NCBI GenBank assembly: GCA_003971905.1
Contig: RSEE01000010.1
Coordinates: forward strand, 682,001-746,000
DNA length: 64,000 nt
Reading direction: 5' to 3'
Source of the DNA: Moniliella sp. 'wahieum'
Taxonomy: Eukaryota
The translations under genes and the position numbers were made by a program. The notes under the pieces are model-generated. The model did no database searches and was not told the DNA's origin. It was given only the letters and a program-made list of their open reading frames with translations. Below are positions 42,700 through 55,832 of this stretch, piece after piece (the stretch's first letter is position 1; each line of letters opens with the position of its first letter).

Positions 42700-43560
42700 T
42701 GGTCGATGATGATTATCGAGATTATCTATCCCTCTGCTGTGCCATTGCCGAATGCATCATGCCGACTATGATTATCGCCGAGCTTAGCGCTCAGCGCGAG
42801 CACTCGTCGAGACCACAGGGTCATGGTTATTCCTGTTATCGCTCGCTCGCTCGAACAACCACCACTGGCTGCGGGCTTGGTGCTGCGCAAGGCTGCGGAA
42901 GACAAGCGCGTCGGAGTTGCGGCAGACCCTATTGAGGGGCGGAAAGTGGCTGTGACCCAGGCGACTACGCAGCGAACACATCGCCTGTCTGTCCGCAGCT
43001 CAAAGCAGTGTAGGGTGATGGGTGATGGGTGATGGGTGATGGGTGATGGGTGATGGGTGATGGGTGATCGATTGTTGATCGATGTACGAGCTGCTCTTCT
43101 GTGTCCAGATGTGATGCATGTGACATGTGACATGCGACATGTGACATGGACATGTGATAGGCGGGAAGCTGCCTTGCACGGCATGGACCAGCAAGCCTGC
43201 TGCAGCTAGGCTACGCTTGGCAGGCCTGGTTCCGCCCTGGGCACTAGGCACTAGGCACTAACCGGTAACCGGCAACCTGTCAGGCCTTGGCTAAGGCCTT
43301 CGGCCTCCCGCAGGCCTGAGCCTGAGCCTCAGGCCGTAGGCCAAGCCGCGCGTCACGCGTGTCACGCGTCACGCGCCACCAGTCAGGCCATGCATCATGC
43401 ATCGGCTAGGGCCCAGATGCCACCTGCCCAGTGTTGTCCAGCCTGGCCCAGCACAGCCAGGTACAGCAGACACGCCCCGCACGCGCCAGGTGCTGCATGG
43501 TGCACTGCTGCGGACCGTCGGAGGCAGACATGATGCATGATGCATGATGCGTGACGACGT
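42700..43560. repeat. TNA+4 lattice island upstream of annexin, including (TGATGGG)7
   Basis: TGA at 43016, 43023 ... 43065 (8 in register); TGA-CATG-TGA-CATG (43121); TAA-CCGG-TAA (43259); CACGCGT units (43350-43375); TGA-TGCA-TGA-TGCA-TGA-TGCG-TGA (43531-43554). Confidence 0.88.
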
Positions 43561-43667
43561 TCGCGGCGCGTGCATCGCAATACTTAAGTCGCGCCGCCCC
43601 GCCCTCTCGCGCCTGCTCCTCCCCACCCCCCACCCCCACCCCCACGCGCCCGCTGCACCTATCTACC

Positions 43668-45203
43668 ATGTCTGCAAATCCCGGCGGCTACCCCCCCCAG
43701 GGCCCGCCCTACCCCAACTCCGGCTATCCGTCCCAGGCCCCGTCCTACCCCCCGGCCGGCTATCCGTCTCAGGCCCCGCCTACCCCCAGTGGCTACCCCC
43801 AACAGGGCGCCAACCACGGTTTGCTCCCCCTTCCGGCCTTCCTCCCTAACCACCAAACCGGCGGTTACGGCGGCGGCTACCCTCTGGTCCTCCTCAACAG
43901 GGATATGGAGCTCCTCAACAGGGATATGGAGCTCCTCCTGGTCCTCCTCTCATCAAGGATACGGGGCTCCCTCTGGTCCGCCCCCTCATCAAGGATACGG
44001 GCTCCCCCTGGTCCTCCTCAACATGGATACGGAGCACCCTCCGGTCCTCCTCAACAAGGGTACGGTGCGCCCCATGGCCCTCCGCCTCAGCAAGGATACG
44101 GCGCGCCCCCTGGCCCTCCGCATGGGCACCCTGGTAGCTATGGTCCAGGGCAAGGCGCTGCCCCTGCCCATGGCCACGCGGCCGGTGGAACTGGATATAC
44201 GTACCTCGGGATTCCAGTGCCGCCTCCGCCGCCGCACCAAGGGCTGCCCCTGCGCCAGCAATGGATGTATCGGGCAAGGTGGAGCGGATCTACAAGGCGA
44301 TGAAAGGGTTCGGTACGGACGACAACGCTCATCCGCGAACTTTGCTCCCAGCATGATCCCTTTGTCATTGATGCGGTGCGAACGGGTTACAAGCAGTACA
44401 AGGGTAAAGATTTGATGAAGGCGGTGGAGGGGGATGTGAGCGGATGGTACGAGGCGGTGCTGCGCTGGCAAGTGTATGGCCCAGTGATGGGCGATGTGGT
44501 GGCGCTGAAGCGGGCGATGAAGGGAGCTGGGACGGACGAGTCGGTGCTGACCGAGATTCTTTTGGGGCGGTCCAACTCGGATATGCACTTGCTCAAATCG
44601 GCCTACCAAGCCACGTACAGCAAGCGTCTTGAGGATGACGTGTCGGGCGAGCTGTCGTTCAAGACCAATCGTATGTTTGCCCAGGCGTTGGCCGGGGCAC
44701 GGGAGGAACACGCGCCTGTTGACCCTCAACGCGTTGAGGCAGATGTGCGCCAACTGTACACGGCGATGCGCGGAGCAGGCACCGACGAGGATGCTATCAC
44801 TTCCATCCTGCTCTCCCGCAGTGATGCCCAATTGGTCGCGATCGCTCAGCGCTACAGGCAAGTCCACAACAAGGCCCTCTCGTCCGCCTTGGAGGGTGAC
44901 TTTAGTGGGCACATGAAGGAAGGCATTCTCTACATTGTCACTGGAGCCGAAGACCCTGCAGGAGTGCAAGGCTATGGGATCCAGCGCGATGCCAACCTCA
45001 TCTTCAAAGCATTTGATGGTGCTGGCACTAAGGACCGCGACTTGGTTCGGCGTGTGTGTCGTGCGTCGTGGAACCGGGCGCGGTTCCAGGCTGTCAAGCA
45101 GGCGTACCGCCGACTGCACAAGCACGATATCTCGGTTCGCATCAAGCGCGAGACGTCCGGCAACTACGAACAAGCTCTTGTCACTGTTGTTGATACGGCT
45201 TGA
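43668..45203 (+). CDS. Annexin with a long Pro/Gly/Tyr/Gln-rich N-terminus (annexin A7/A11-like fungal annexin)
   Basis: Annexin repeats AMKGFGTD, AMKGAGTDESVLTEILLGRSN, AMRGAGTDEDAITSILLSRS, AFDGAGTKD and ETSGNY. The N-terminus carries GYGAPPGPP repeats. Confidence 0.93.
43885..44120 (+). repeat. Coding tandem repeats (GPPQ/HQGYGAP units) in the annexin N-terminus
   Basis: Recurring ggtcctcctcaacagggata/caaggatacggggctcc units about 21-33 nt long. Confidence 0.75.
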
Positions 45204-46399
45204 AGCTTGAGCTCACAATTTTTCCTCTTTGCTATTTCGTCTGAATGATGTTGATTCATGGAGTGGGCTACCTAGAACCCATCCTGATGGGAGTGTGCAT
45301 CGCCCTGTACCGGATACTGTGAGATATGATGGATCGATTCCCAGACCGGAGCCCATCGGGGACAGAACAGGGGAGAGTCGTGACGCGTGATAGGACGGCA
45401 TCGAAGGTAATGCCGGTAATGTGCAATTAGCTGCATGCATCGTGGCGTTGATATGCTGTGGCTCACATGTCGCCTGTCACATCAGCGCACCAGCGTTCAA
45501 CATATCGCGAGTGGATGCTTTTCATGTCAGCTGCAGATAGATTGGATGCTACAGGACAGAGTGTTGACAAAAAGTTTCTTATGAAGGGTCTTGTCTTTGT
45601 CCAGCCTAGTCGCTCGTGGATTCTCAAGCGCTCGCACCAGGGCAACCTCAGGTGGGGCCGGTGATGAATAATTGCGGGAGGTACTAGTTGCAGTGGCTGT
45701 TGAGCCAGGTGGCTCGTGCTTTGGCCAATGTCCCTTCAGTTCCTCCTCAGGCCTAGGAGTTCCGTTGTTTTTTTTCTCTCCTGTTTTTCCTTGTTCCGCA
45801 GCTTAGCCCCTGGTGGCGACTCGCTGCTTGGTGTTCCTCAGTAGGCGTTGCTGGTTGGCTTAGACCACCACCACCACCACTAATGCGATTGCATCACCCT
45901 CGAGGACCATCTGGACTCCAGGTCTCATCAGTGGCGGTATACTGGTCCCAAGCGACAGGCGGAATGCTTGTGTTTGCGATGGAAGCCAGCTGGCTCGCAG
46001 CATCATGCTTGAAGCTTGCAGAGGCCAATGCAGAAGACTGCCCAACACCCGCTCGTGAAAGTCAAAGTTTGCTGTGTGGACCACAGTTTGCGTTGGGGTG
46101 CGGCGTTCGCCGCGTCCTGCATGCATGCATGTATGCCGCTGCTGGGACGGCTTGGTGCGTCGGAGCGTATCCCAAGCACCCGCCGTTGGCACTCGCATCA
46201 CCCCCACCACCAGTCACCACACACCCGACACATCCAGACCAGCGTGTGCGCCCGTGCTGAGGCAAGACATTCTCCCACACCCCCAAGCAACCAGCTGAGT
46301 ACTCGAGTCAGGCTGCGCCTCCAAGATCCAAGCCCCAAGCTCCCACCTCCTCTCATTTACACGCACACACACACCACCACCCCACCCCGCACTTGACCC

Positions 46400-47428
46400 A
46401 TGCCTGAATTCTCCTTACGGTCCAGCGCCGCTTCGGCTCCAAAAAGCCTGGTGTCACTAACCTCAAGCCCTCCAAGTTCCCCTGCTGCTTTACCTTTGCT
46501 ACACCGCACCCACGGTGGGCGAGCTCAAGGCGGCCATTGCCCAACGCACCCGCCGAGCCGTCTCGCGCCAACGTCTTTGCACACTCCAACCTGGAGGCCA
46601 TCCCACTGCTCGATGACAGTGCCAAGCTCGACGAATACATCCCCAACGGTGGATGCCTCGACATCGAGGACCTGGGTCCGCAGGTCGCCTGGCGCACCGT
46701 CTTCCTCACTGAATATGCTGGTCCTCTTTTCATTCACCCCGCTCTCTACCTCGGGGCCACGCGCCTCTGGCACACCGAGTTCCAGCATGGCCAAATGCAG
46801 CGCCTCGCATTGGGGCTCGTAACGGGCCACTATGCCAAGCGCATATTGGAAACCGTTCTTGTCCACCGCTTTTCTAATGCTACAATGCCGCGCTTTGCTT
46901 TGCTCAAAAACTCAGCACATTACTGGCTTCTTTCTGGCATCCTCCTTGCCCTTGGTGTGTATGGTCCTGGGAAAGGACAGGTGGCGCAGCAGATGGTCTG
47001 CGCGCGGACGGATCCAACTGGAACACCTTTTGGGCTTCGGCCATGGTGGTGGCAGAACTGGGCAACCTGGTGTGCCATGTGATGCTGTCCAAGTTGCGTC
47101 CGTCCGGTACGCGCGTGCGCAAAATTCCTCGCGGTTTATGTTGATCTAGTTAGCTGCCCGCACTACTTGTTCGAGGTATGGACCACCTCCCCTTCTTTTC
47201 GAGTTTCCAGCATACTTACCCCCCTCCCTCCCTCCCCCTCCGTGCCTGTTCCAGACTCTTTCATGGACCTGCTTCACTTTCTTGACAGGCGCGCCCATCG
47301 CCTTGCTCTTCACCGCCGTCTCAACTGCGCAGATGGTATCGTCGGCTCTCAAGAGGCACGATGCCTATCGCAACGAGTTCAAGGAGTACCCTCCCAAGCG
47401 TAAGGCCATCTTCCCCTTCGTTCTCTAA
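46400..47428 (+). CDS. TSC13: Very-long-chain trans-2-enoyl-CoA reductase (steroid 5-alpha-reductase C-terminal family)
   Basis: DLGPQVAWRTVFLTEYAGPL, HYAKRILETVLVHRFSNATMP...KNSAHYW, LRPSGTRVRKIPRG, VSCPHYLFE; ends EFKEYPPKRKAIFPFVL. Confidence 0.93.
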
Positions 47429-48110
47429 CTCTGCAGGGTTCGTTGGGTCCCGGGAATAAGTGGCGTGCACAGCGCCATCAGTGCAGCAATGATGAGACAA
47501 GGTTAAACCTCTTACCCTCCAGTTGTGGCGACAGGACCGATGTCGGCGACAATTCTAGGATCAGTGTGATGGATGTAGCAAGGCTATATCTGTAGAAAGG
47601 AGGGTTGATCATGGGCAATTGCTCTGTTCTGCACTTGCCCGATGGGACCAGGTGCGCCACGCCGGCAACATCGCCCCGCGCCGCCAAACACAAGAAATCC
47701 CACAAGGTCGCGTTCCCGCCCGTATTGGCGGATCGATCAAGGGTACTCCAATCGCGGTGTGAAGGTTGTGTACCTTGGCAATGGTGCTGGCGCCCCCCCA
47801 AACGGCTTTTGCGGTGGCGACTTGCCAAGCAACTCGCCAAGAACGATGAAGATTGCGTTATCATGTAAATCAGGTTGATCATCCGGTATAGTATAGGCAG
47901 CAGGCAGTGTCGTATACATGTTATCTCCCGCTATGGTATTTGCCTAACCCTTCGCCTGGGCTACGTGAGAGGGATAGGGTCTTGCAGTTCATACTGTACA
48001 TTATCTCTTCGCTCGCCTCCGCAGGGGCGGCCCACCTCTTTCGAATGGCACCGGCAGTCCATTTCAGATCCCAAGGCTCCAAGAACAGCTTGGAAGTATT
48101 TGGACAGTCC

Positions 48111-51100
48111 TCACGATTCGACTGCCGACTGGTCGTCATCTTGGCTACCAATCAGGCCGGCAAACGAGGGGTCTTGCGCCACCTTGTCCCATTCCGCGTC
48201 CCACGCCTTTTGCAGCTGCGCCGCGTCTTCCCACACCCAACTTCCCTCTTCGTTGTAGGTCTGCGCATTGCGGCACATGAGATGACATCGTTCTTGGCTT
48301 CGAGCAGAGTAAGGTACGTTGCCCGTTCAATCCGTCGTTTGATCTGGCGCATGCTGATCGGCTGCTGAATGATGGTGCGGTAGTCGGGGTAAAGCTTCGC
48401 GCTAGGGAGATCCAGAAACAGGTCGGCCCTTGCCCGGCCCTTTGCATCCTTGCACGCTTCGAGTGCCGCATAACAGACTCGCAGCGCCCCACGCACTTTA
48501 GCTCGTTCCGAAAAGAGCCCGCGATCCGGCTGGGTCGCAGGTTTGATCCGCTTCGTGGCATGTTCAGACCCATCGCTCGCTTCGTACGCCTCCTCCTCAT
48601 CCCCGCCCTCCGTCGCAGCTCGTTTCCTCTTGGAATGCACAGCGCGAGAGGACGTAGAGCGGCGCGAACGAGAGTGTTTTCCATTCAGCACCACGGTATC
48701 ATCCGCATTTTCGGTACTCTCATCGTCCCCGGCTTCCTCCTCTTCCTCCTCCTCAACCGAAACAAACTTCTTGGACTTTTTACGCTCTCCCCGCGCGCGT
48801 AAGGCAAGCGCCACCTCACTTGGATCTTGATCGTTTTCAAGCGCGGCAATGAACTGAGCCTCGGTCAATTCGTCATTGTACCGCACGGGCGCCGTCCGAC
48901 GGCGACGAGGGAGAGTACTGTCATCGGCAGTATGGTTGGCCTTGGCCTCCTCCATAGCCACATACTTGTCCTCATACGACTGCTGAAATTGCTCGGGAGT
49001 TCTGCCTCGGTAATGAGCCGTGGAGGTGCAGGGCCTTCTTTTCCGGACGCTTCCCAATCAGCTTGATCTCGTGCTGGACGTTGCTCGTCCATCTCACCGA
49101 AAATAGTTTCTTCCTCGGGGGTGCGGGCAAGGATCGCGTTGATCTCCTCATCAGTCATGTCGCCTTGCTCTGTTGCGTCCTCGTCGACGTTTTCAAGCAT
49201 CGCGCGCAGAAGATTGTCTCGCTCCTCATTCGTCGCCGATTCATGAAAGCGACCCGCCTGGATGACCTTGCCGTCCATATCGAGCTTGCGATGGGCAATC
49301 TCGAGGATTTTTTCCTCAACTGACTTTTCTGTCACAAGCCGGAAGATGCGCACCTCCATCTTTTGGCCAATACGATGGCACGGTCTTGGGCTTGCAAGTC
49401 TTGGTGGGGATTAAAGTCCGAATCAAAGATAATCACGTGTCGGCGGTTTGAAGGTTTAGGCCCAGCCCACCGGCGCGGGTAGAGAGGATAAACATAAAGT
49501 AAGGAGAGTCGGGTTTGTTGAACTCATGTAGCATCTGGCCGCGGTCGTCTTGCTTAGTCGCGCCGTCAAGACGGAGGTAAGCGAGGTCACGGTACCGAAG
49601 ATAATCCTCCATAATGTCCATGATGTGCGTCATCTGGAAAAACATGAGCACCCGATGCCCCGTCGCCTTGAGTTTGGGAAGGATGCGATCCAACAGCTCG
49701 AATTTGCCTGACACACGGTACAAGTCGGGCCCGGTTGCCTTGGTCGGATTAACCACTGCCTCGACCTCTTCAAACACGTAGGGATGCTGGCAGATTTTGC
49801 GCAGCTGCATCAGCATATTCTGCAATCCGCGCAGCCCCCCGTCTGAACCACATTGGTCGTTCCCCCCAATTCGTTTCCGGTGAAGATTGTCTTGTACTTG
49901 GTCATCTGCCCGTACATCTTTGCCTGCAGCGCCGACTTGGCGCACTTGATCACCTTCTCCACCTTGTCCGGTAGCTCAGACTCAACGTCTTTCTTGAGCC
50001 TACGCAGCAAGAAGGGACGGAGGACCTTGTGCAAACGTTTGATAATCAAGAGCTGTTCTTCTTCGTTGAGCTGCATCGTCGCATCGCCTCCACCGGCATT
50101 GGCAAAAGGGGTATTGAACCACTCGTCAAAACTTTGGGCCGAGTTGAACACCTTGGGCAGCACGAAGTTAAGCAGGGCCCAGAGCTCGGGTAGGTTGTTT
50201 TGCAGCGGCGTTCCCGTCAGCAAAAGGCGGTATTGGCTGTAGTAAAATTGTGTCAGGGTGAGCGAGAGCTTAGACTCCGCATTTTTCATCCGGTGGCCCT
50301 CGTCAATGATCATGTGCACCCATTTGACCTTGCTCAATACATGCTTGTCTTTGATGATGAACTCGTAGGTCGTTAACAAAACTTGCCAGTTGCCGGCACG
50401 CACCCGCAATGCCAAATCCTTGCGCTCGTTGGGCCCGCCCTTGTACACTAGCACGCTGACGCTTGGTGCCCACTTGTGGAACTCGTTAACCCAGTTTTGG
50501 AGCGTCGAGAGCGGGACAATAACCAGGTAAGGAGACCGTTGGCGTTTCTTCTCGATCAAATAGGTGATCAAGCTGATGGTTTGGATCGTTTTCCCCAAGC
50601 CCATCTCATCAGCCAAGATTCCATTGAGATGGTTGTTGTAGAGCGACACCATCCACTGAAGGCCCTTGATCTGGTAGTCCTTCAGCTTGCCGCCTACCAA
50701 GAGTGATGATTGTGCTTCCACAGTCTCGTGAATACGATGGGCAATGCTGTAGTAGTCGGCCTTGCCTTTGTCCTCTTCCTCCCCATCTTGGCGGGAAGCA
50801 CCAAATGCGGATTCGTCCACTTGGCGGGGAGGGAAAGAATGGTCGTTCTGCTGCTCCCGCACGGCAAGGGCCAAGTTGTCCAGGTATTTGTCCGTTTGTG
50901 CCAAAAGATGGGCAATACGGGTATCCTTAGCAGTATCAATCAGTTTCAGGTAGGCCTCTTCATCGTCAGCCTTGAGCGCATTGAGACGCTCCTTGGCCAG
51001 CCGTTCAATCCGCTTCGCCTCCTCCCGCTCGGCCTCTGCATGAAAGCGGGTTAAATTACGAGCCAAACGAGCGGCTGTATCGCGCACCCCTGCCTGTCCT

Positions 51101-52117
51101 TGGATGAGGCGCTTGGTTTGGCTGAATATGGCCGAAATGTGACCCCAATGGCGTTGCCGCTCCTTGGTTTGCGTGTCGTCTCGCTGTTTGCGCGCCAGCG
51201 CCTCGGTGGCGCGAATGGGGATCACCGCACTTTTCTTAGCCTTTCGCAGTGCCATCCGATCCACTTCGGGTTGGAGCGTTGAGGCCTGCCCATTCTCAGC
51301 AACGTATTGCCGATACGCGCGTTGACGGGGCAAGAGTTGAAGCGACCGCAGTTCCACCAACGCGTCCAACTTGGGATTCGTGCTAGGCTGCGGCGGACGA
51401 AGCCAGCTGGGCACTTGGGGGGAGGAGGAAGCGGAAGCTCCTTGGGAAAGGTTAGCAGGGAGAGACTCGAGTTCAGCCATGCGCTGATTGATACGGGCTT
51501 GGATGTAACGGTCCCGCTCTTCCTCTGCCAAGAGCAGATCGCCCTCAGCCGGTACCAGGCTCGGGGACCGCGACAAGGGGACACGGGCGGATTAAGGTAC
51601 TGGTATGGGTCATCAATGGCCGGTTGGAGGCGAGACGGGACAGGCTGTCCCAACGCAAGGGCGCGGTAGGCCTCGGTCTGGGCCTGCAGCAGACGCATTT
51701 GACCCTGCGGCACGATCGGGCCAGGAGCGGAGGGCGGGTGGAGGTGGGGTACTGGAGAGTGGCGAGCGCCGCCTGCAGTTGGCTGTGTTCCTGCGATCCC
51801 GTCTGTCCGGTTTCCTGGAGGTGCGAAAACCGCTGGAAAAACACGTGCGTCAGCAACAAGCCAGCACATGCATCCTTCGTTGGCAGGGATGGGACGTACG
51901 CGCACCATGAGGCGCACCTCGTCTGCGGACCAGCATTCGGCGATCCGCAGCAAATGCGCCGCGGGCGGGGGCGGCGGGGGCGGCAGGGTGGCAGCAGAGG
52001 CGGCCGGCATGCGATCCAATCGCGTCTTCGCGCAGCGACGAGGAGAGACGGGGATGGTGGCGGAGGCGGTGGCGGCGGCCGAAGACGATGGATGCGCCTG
52101 GGCGACGCAGCTTCCAT
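48111..52117 (-). CDS. SNF21: SWI/SNF-RSC catalytic ATPase (Snf2/Sth1/Snf21 family): QLQ, HSA, SNF2 ATPase, SnAC, bromodomain; start uncertain (52010 or 52117)
   Basis: QLQ-like [18 protein letters not shown] ...[85 protein letters not shown]; bromodomain [15 protein letters not shown]...NAQTYN. Confidence 0.93.
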
Positions 52118-52502
52118 CGCCGCCGCCCGCGTGTCGACGGCGACGCGTGCCGGACGCACCAGCAACCCGAGGGTCGCCACAGGACACTGCCCCCGTGCGC
52201 AACGCCGCAACCCTAGTGCGCGCTCGTGCCTCGCTTCCAGTCGCGCCCGCGGCCGACGCTTGCAATTAATAAGGCTCCTGCGGCTGACCGACGATCTATA
52301 CAGCTCTGGCAAAACAGGGGCATCCGTCGCATTCGGCCCCTTCGCAGGAGGCTCCCTGCCGTGTCCACCCCCACACGGTTCGGCCTGATACATATGCTCG
52401 TCTATGCAAGCCAAGAGCGCCTGCTCCCGCCCTATACTCACACCGCAAGTGCAGCAACATACATTGCGTGTGCTGCTGATCAGCAACCGCGGCCGGCAGT
52501 CG

Positions 52503-55423
52503 TTATGAGTCGGGGTCAGGGATGGGGATCCACTGGGCACCCTGACGGTCTGAAGGAAGATCTCGGCGTTCTCGTCTGGTCCACGCCACGATCCCGGTGC
52601 CGATGGGTGGACATTCGAAACGAGGAAGCAGGCACCAACACGCAGAGAATTGAGCTGTCCAGCATCCCAGACAGTCATTTGGGCCGTACGTGGGGTGGAG
52701 CGAGCCTTGATCGCTTGGGATACCAACAAGCCAGGTCGGCCCGGCGGTGCATGGGGTGGAACGGGGGGGATGGCGTCTTCGCACCTGACGACTCGGAACG
52801 CTCGCACACGGCGTGGCGGTACCCGCTCGTCTAGCTCGGCCTCCATTTCGTGCTGGGCTTCTTGTAGAAATGCATCGTGGCGTTCGCGAGCGCCTTGGAC
52901 AAAAGCAGCGGTTATCCCTTGACCGCCAGGGCAAATATGAGCAAGAGCCGTGCCCGGATCGGGGGCTTCAAATAGCTGATCAGCTTGTCGGCCATCGCTG
53001 CCTCTCCGTCCTCCTCCGTTCCTCCTCCAGCTCTGAAGCTGCGACGGAGCCCATCGTGTCAACAACTGCCTGCAGCGCCTGCTGGGCCCGGATCAGGCGT
53101 TCACTCCATTCTTGCTCCAATTGATCCCGTGCATCGCTCCGATCCTTCTCCCACTGCGATTGCAGCTCCGCCTCCTCGGGTGCAGAGTGAACCGAGCCGC
53201 GCTCTTGTGCATTGCCATCCAGGTACCCCAGGTCAAATGTTTGAGTAATTCGGATCCGAACCAGCCCCACTTTACCCCCCTCAGGGCTGAGCGAGCGTAG
53301 AGAGCTGACCCATGGCGAAGGGCGGAAGCCGAGCTTGACGTCCCATGGCGCGAGCTGTGTTCCGTTCGCATGGAGAGTGAGAGTGATTGTGCTGAAGCCC
53401 TCGAGCGCTTCAACGGGTCCACCTTCACACTGGTAACAAAAATCAGATTAGCTCTCCAACTGCCATGATACAAAGCGAACGAAAACATACCTTGGCACCC
53501 AGGATGCACAACTTGTTTCCTACGCGAATCCTGCCGCGATGTAGCGCATCAAAGAGCGTGTCGTCCAACCGGGCTCGGACAGTGTACCATCCATCGGTGA
53601 GGACAATGATTGGTTGAAGTAGGGATTCATGCCCGCTGGCATGTGTCCTGATCATGCACCTCATTTCCTTCTTCCGGACCCCACTCAAGCTGGTAGACAC
53701 ATAAAACCATTGGTTGACTTGGCGGTGAATCATGCTGTTTGATGCGGTTGATTGCGGACCGCTGCCCAGCATTGACCTCCCGTTCGTAACGATAACGCAA
53801 CTGCCGGATCACCTGGTCCCAAGACCACCACTCTTCTGCACGTTCGGGCTGGTGCCGTGACATGGCAGCCAACTTCCAAAGGATCATCCCCCAGTGATGC
53901 CGGACCCATTTTAGGCTTAGATGGGATGCCCCCAGCTGCTGAAGCACCCGCAAAGCTTCGGTTGGTCGTATTGGAAGGCATGAGAAATTCAAATTCTCAC
54001 CCATCCAAGGTGCATTAAGCACCGTAATCGCCTCTTTGGGGCACCCCCGCTTGATCGCCTCAGAAACGAGACAGACTCGGTCGTCGATCCGGGATTGAAG
54101 CAATGTGTGACGAGGTGGCGCGCGATTTGGATTCAAGTCAAACAGAGAAGCGTAACAGAGGTTGTGGAGGGATGGCACCACGTGAGGGATGTCTCGATGC
54201 GCGGCTTGGTGTCCAACGACACATCGCCAGGGTGAAAAGCGAACGGGAGAGACAGAGGCTGCTTGAATAGTCACTGGTGTATGGGAGAATTTCGGCCTGG
54301 CGTCACTGCGGGGCGTGGGGCAGATTTGAAGGGGGTTTTGAACGCTTTCCTCCTCGTGACTGGCTTGGCGAACCAGTTGGGCGCACGCCCAACGAACGGC
54401 GGGACATACTGGAATTAGTGCCGGACGCGCCATTGGCAGGGTGTTGGACGCTGGCGTCTGACCCGTAGCACGCGAACGCGAGCGCAAAGCGGGGGAGTTA
54501 CAACTTCCCCTTCAGGTGCTTGGCGCTGTTTCGCGTGGTGAAAGAACTACTGAGCGCGCGGGCTGGGGAAGCAAACCCTGTCGTAATGGCTGATACCAAC
54601 GTAGACGAGTGGTTCGGAGCGGAGACAGAGCGTTGTGAAGGGCCCGTGAGCGTGGAGGCATGTAGAGGGGTGGGTAAACGAGCCGCAGGAGAGAAGCAGC
54701 GGGCGAGCATGGGAGACATATCACTTTTCGTTTTCCTTGGCAAGATGGCAGGGAGGTCGATGCAGAATTGCCATTCGAAGCGCTGGCCGCACGCTGATCG
54801 TCTTGCTCCCAAGCGTCCATCTTGGCTTTGGCTGCCTTCAGTGCCTCATCACTCAAGGCTGGGAGAGAATGCCCCTTGGCCGTTACAAACGTGCCCAACG
54901 GTAAAGTATCAAGAAATGGTGGGGGTGATGGTGCACGAGACGTGTCCTCCTCCAAGGAGAAGGGGCTGTGGTCTTGACGCGCAGCGTTAGCCGAACCCGG
55001 ACCCGCTGTCCCGCCCTCTATTTAATGATAGTGGCAGGGGCTGCGTCGAAGGATTGCACTCTTGGGTGAGATCCGCTTGGGCAAGGAGAAAATCTTCCTC
55101 GCAAAGCTGGTCCAGGAAGCTGTCGCCGAACTCGTCATCATCAAAGGCCTCGTCCCTGTCGCTCGCTGGGAGCACTCGGGACGAGGAGGATGGTTTGGTA
55201 TTGGCATCGTGCTTGTCGCATCCGGTGGGGTGGGGATGCTCGATGAGCGTTGATGTCGGGCATGGCAAGAACAGGGGTGGATGGGAGGGGGCTGGGCATG
55301 AGGATGGGTATATGCTGGGCAGGCGAGGCCGGCCGCGGGTCGGCTGGGAGCGTGGCTTGTGGAGCGGCGCGTGCATGGATCAGCCAGCGGCGCTGCCGAT
55401 GGGGCGGAGGAGGAGGGGCGCAT
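52503..55423 (-). CDS. BRH2: BRCA2 orthologue (Brh2-type); frameshifted
   Basis: Single BRC motif GTFVTAKGHSLPALSDEALKAAKAKM; PhePP-like KAFKTPFK (54321-54350); helical domain WVRHHWGMILWKLA...QLRYRYEREVN.GQRSAI; OB1 LTDGWYTVRARLD...GRIRVGNKL; OB2 ending QMTVWDA...SNVHP...QWIP. Confidence 0.9.
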
Positions 55424-55832
55424 GAGAGCGGGGCCTGATATGGGCGCAGGCGCGAGAGCAGCGGGATGGCGCGCCTGAGCACGGGTGGGGGCGGGGCGAG
55501 GGGGGCGAGGAGGCGGAGCGGCGGCGGGGCATCCAGCAAGCTTCAAGGGGTTGGACCCAAGGGGGCGCGCCCCGCCCCAGCAGCCGCGAGCGTGCCACGG
55601 GGCACCGCGGTCAGCCTCAAAGTACGCGTGTTGATTTCAATTGGGCAGAAATGCATCCGAGGATTCTACGTTGTTTCAATTGCGCTTCAAACGTTCAGCC
55701 GTTCAGCTCCAAGCTTCAAGCATGGCGCTCATGCATCACGCCTGGGAGTGCCTACTCAGCAGGAACGCCTTGCACCAGCCGCTCCCATCGCAATCTTACC
55801 ACCAGCCCTCCTTCATCTGCACATTTCGACTC

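Noticed and set aside
43989..45173. 394-aa minus-strand ORF opposite the annexin, and similar long antisense ORFs over IDO, SRPK, UTP10 and the Snf2/Brh2 junction (51545-53065)
   Set aside because: These are shadow ORFs expected from high-GC codon usage, or read-through created by frameshift errors; no recognisable domains of their own.
47478..48100. Possible small minus-strand gene downstream of the Snf2-family stop
   Set aside because: Short ORFs without recognisable family features; may simply be 3' UTR.
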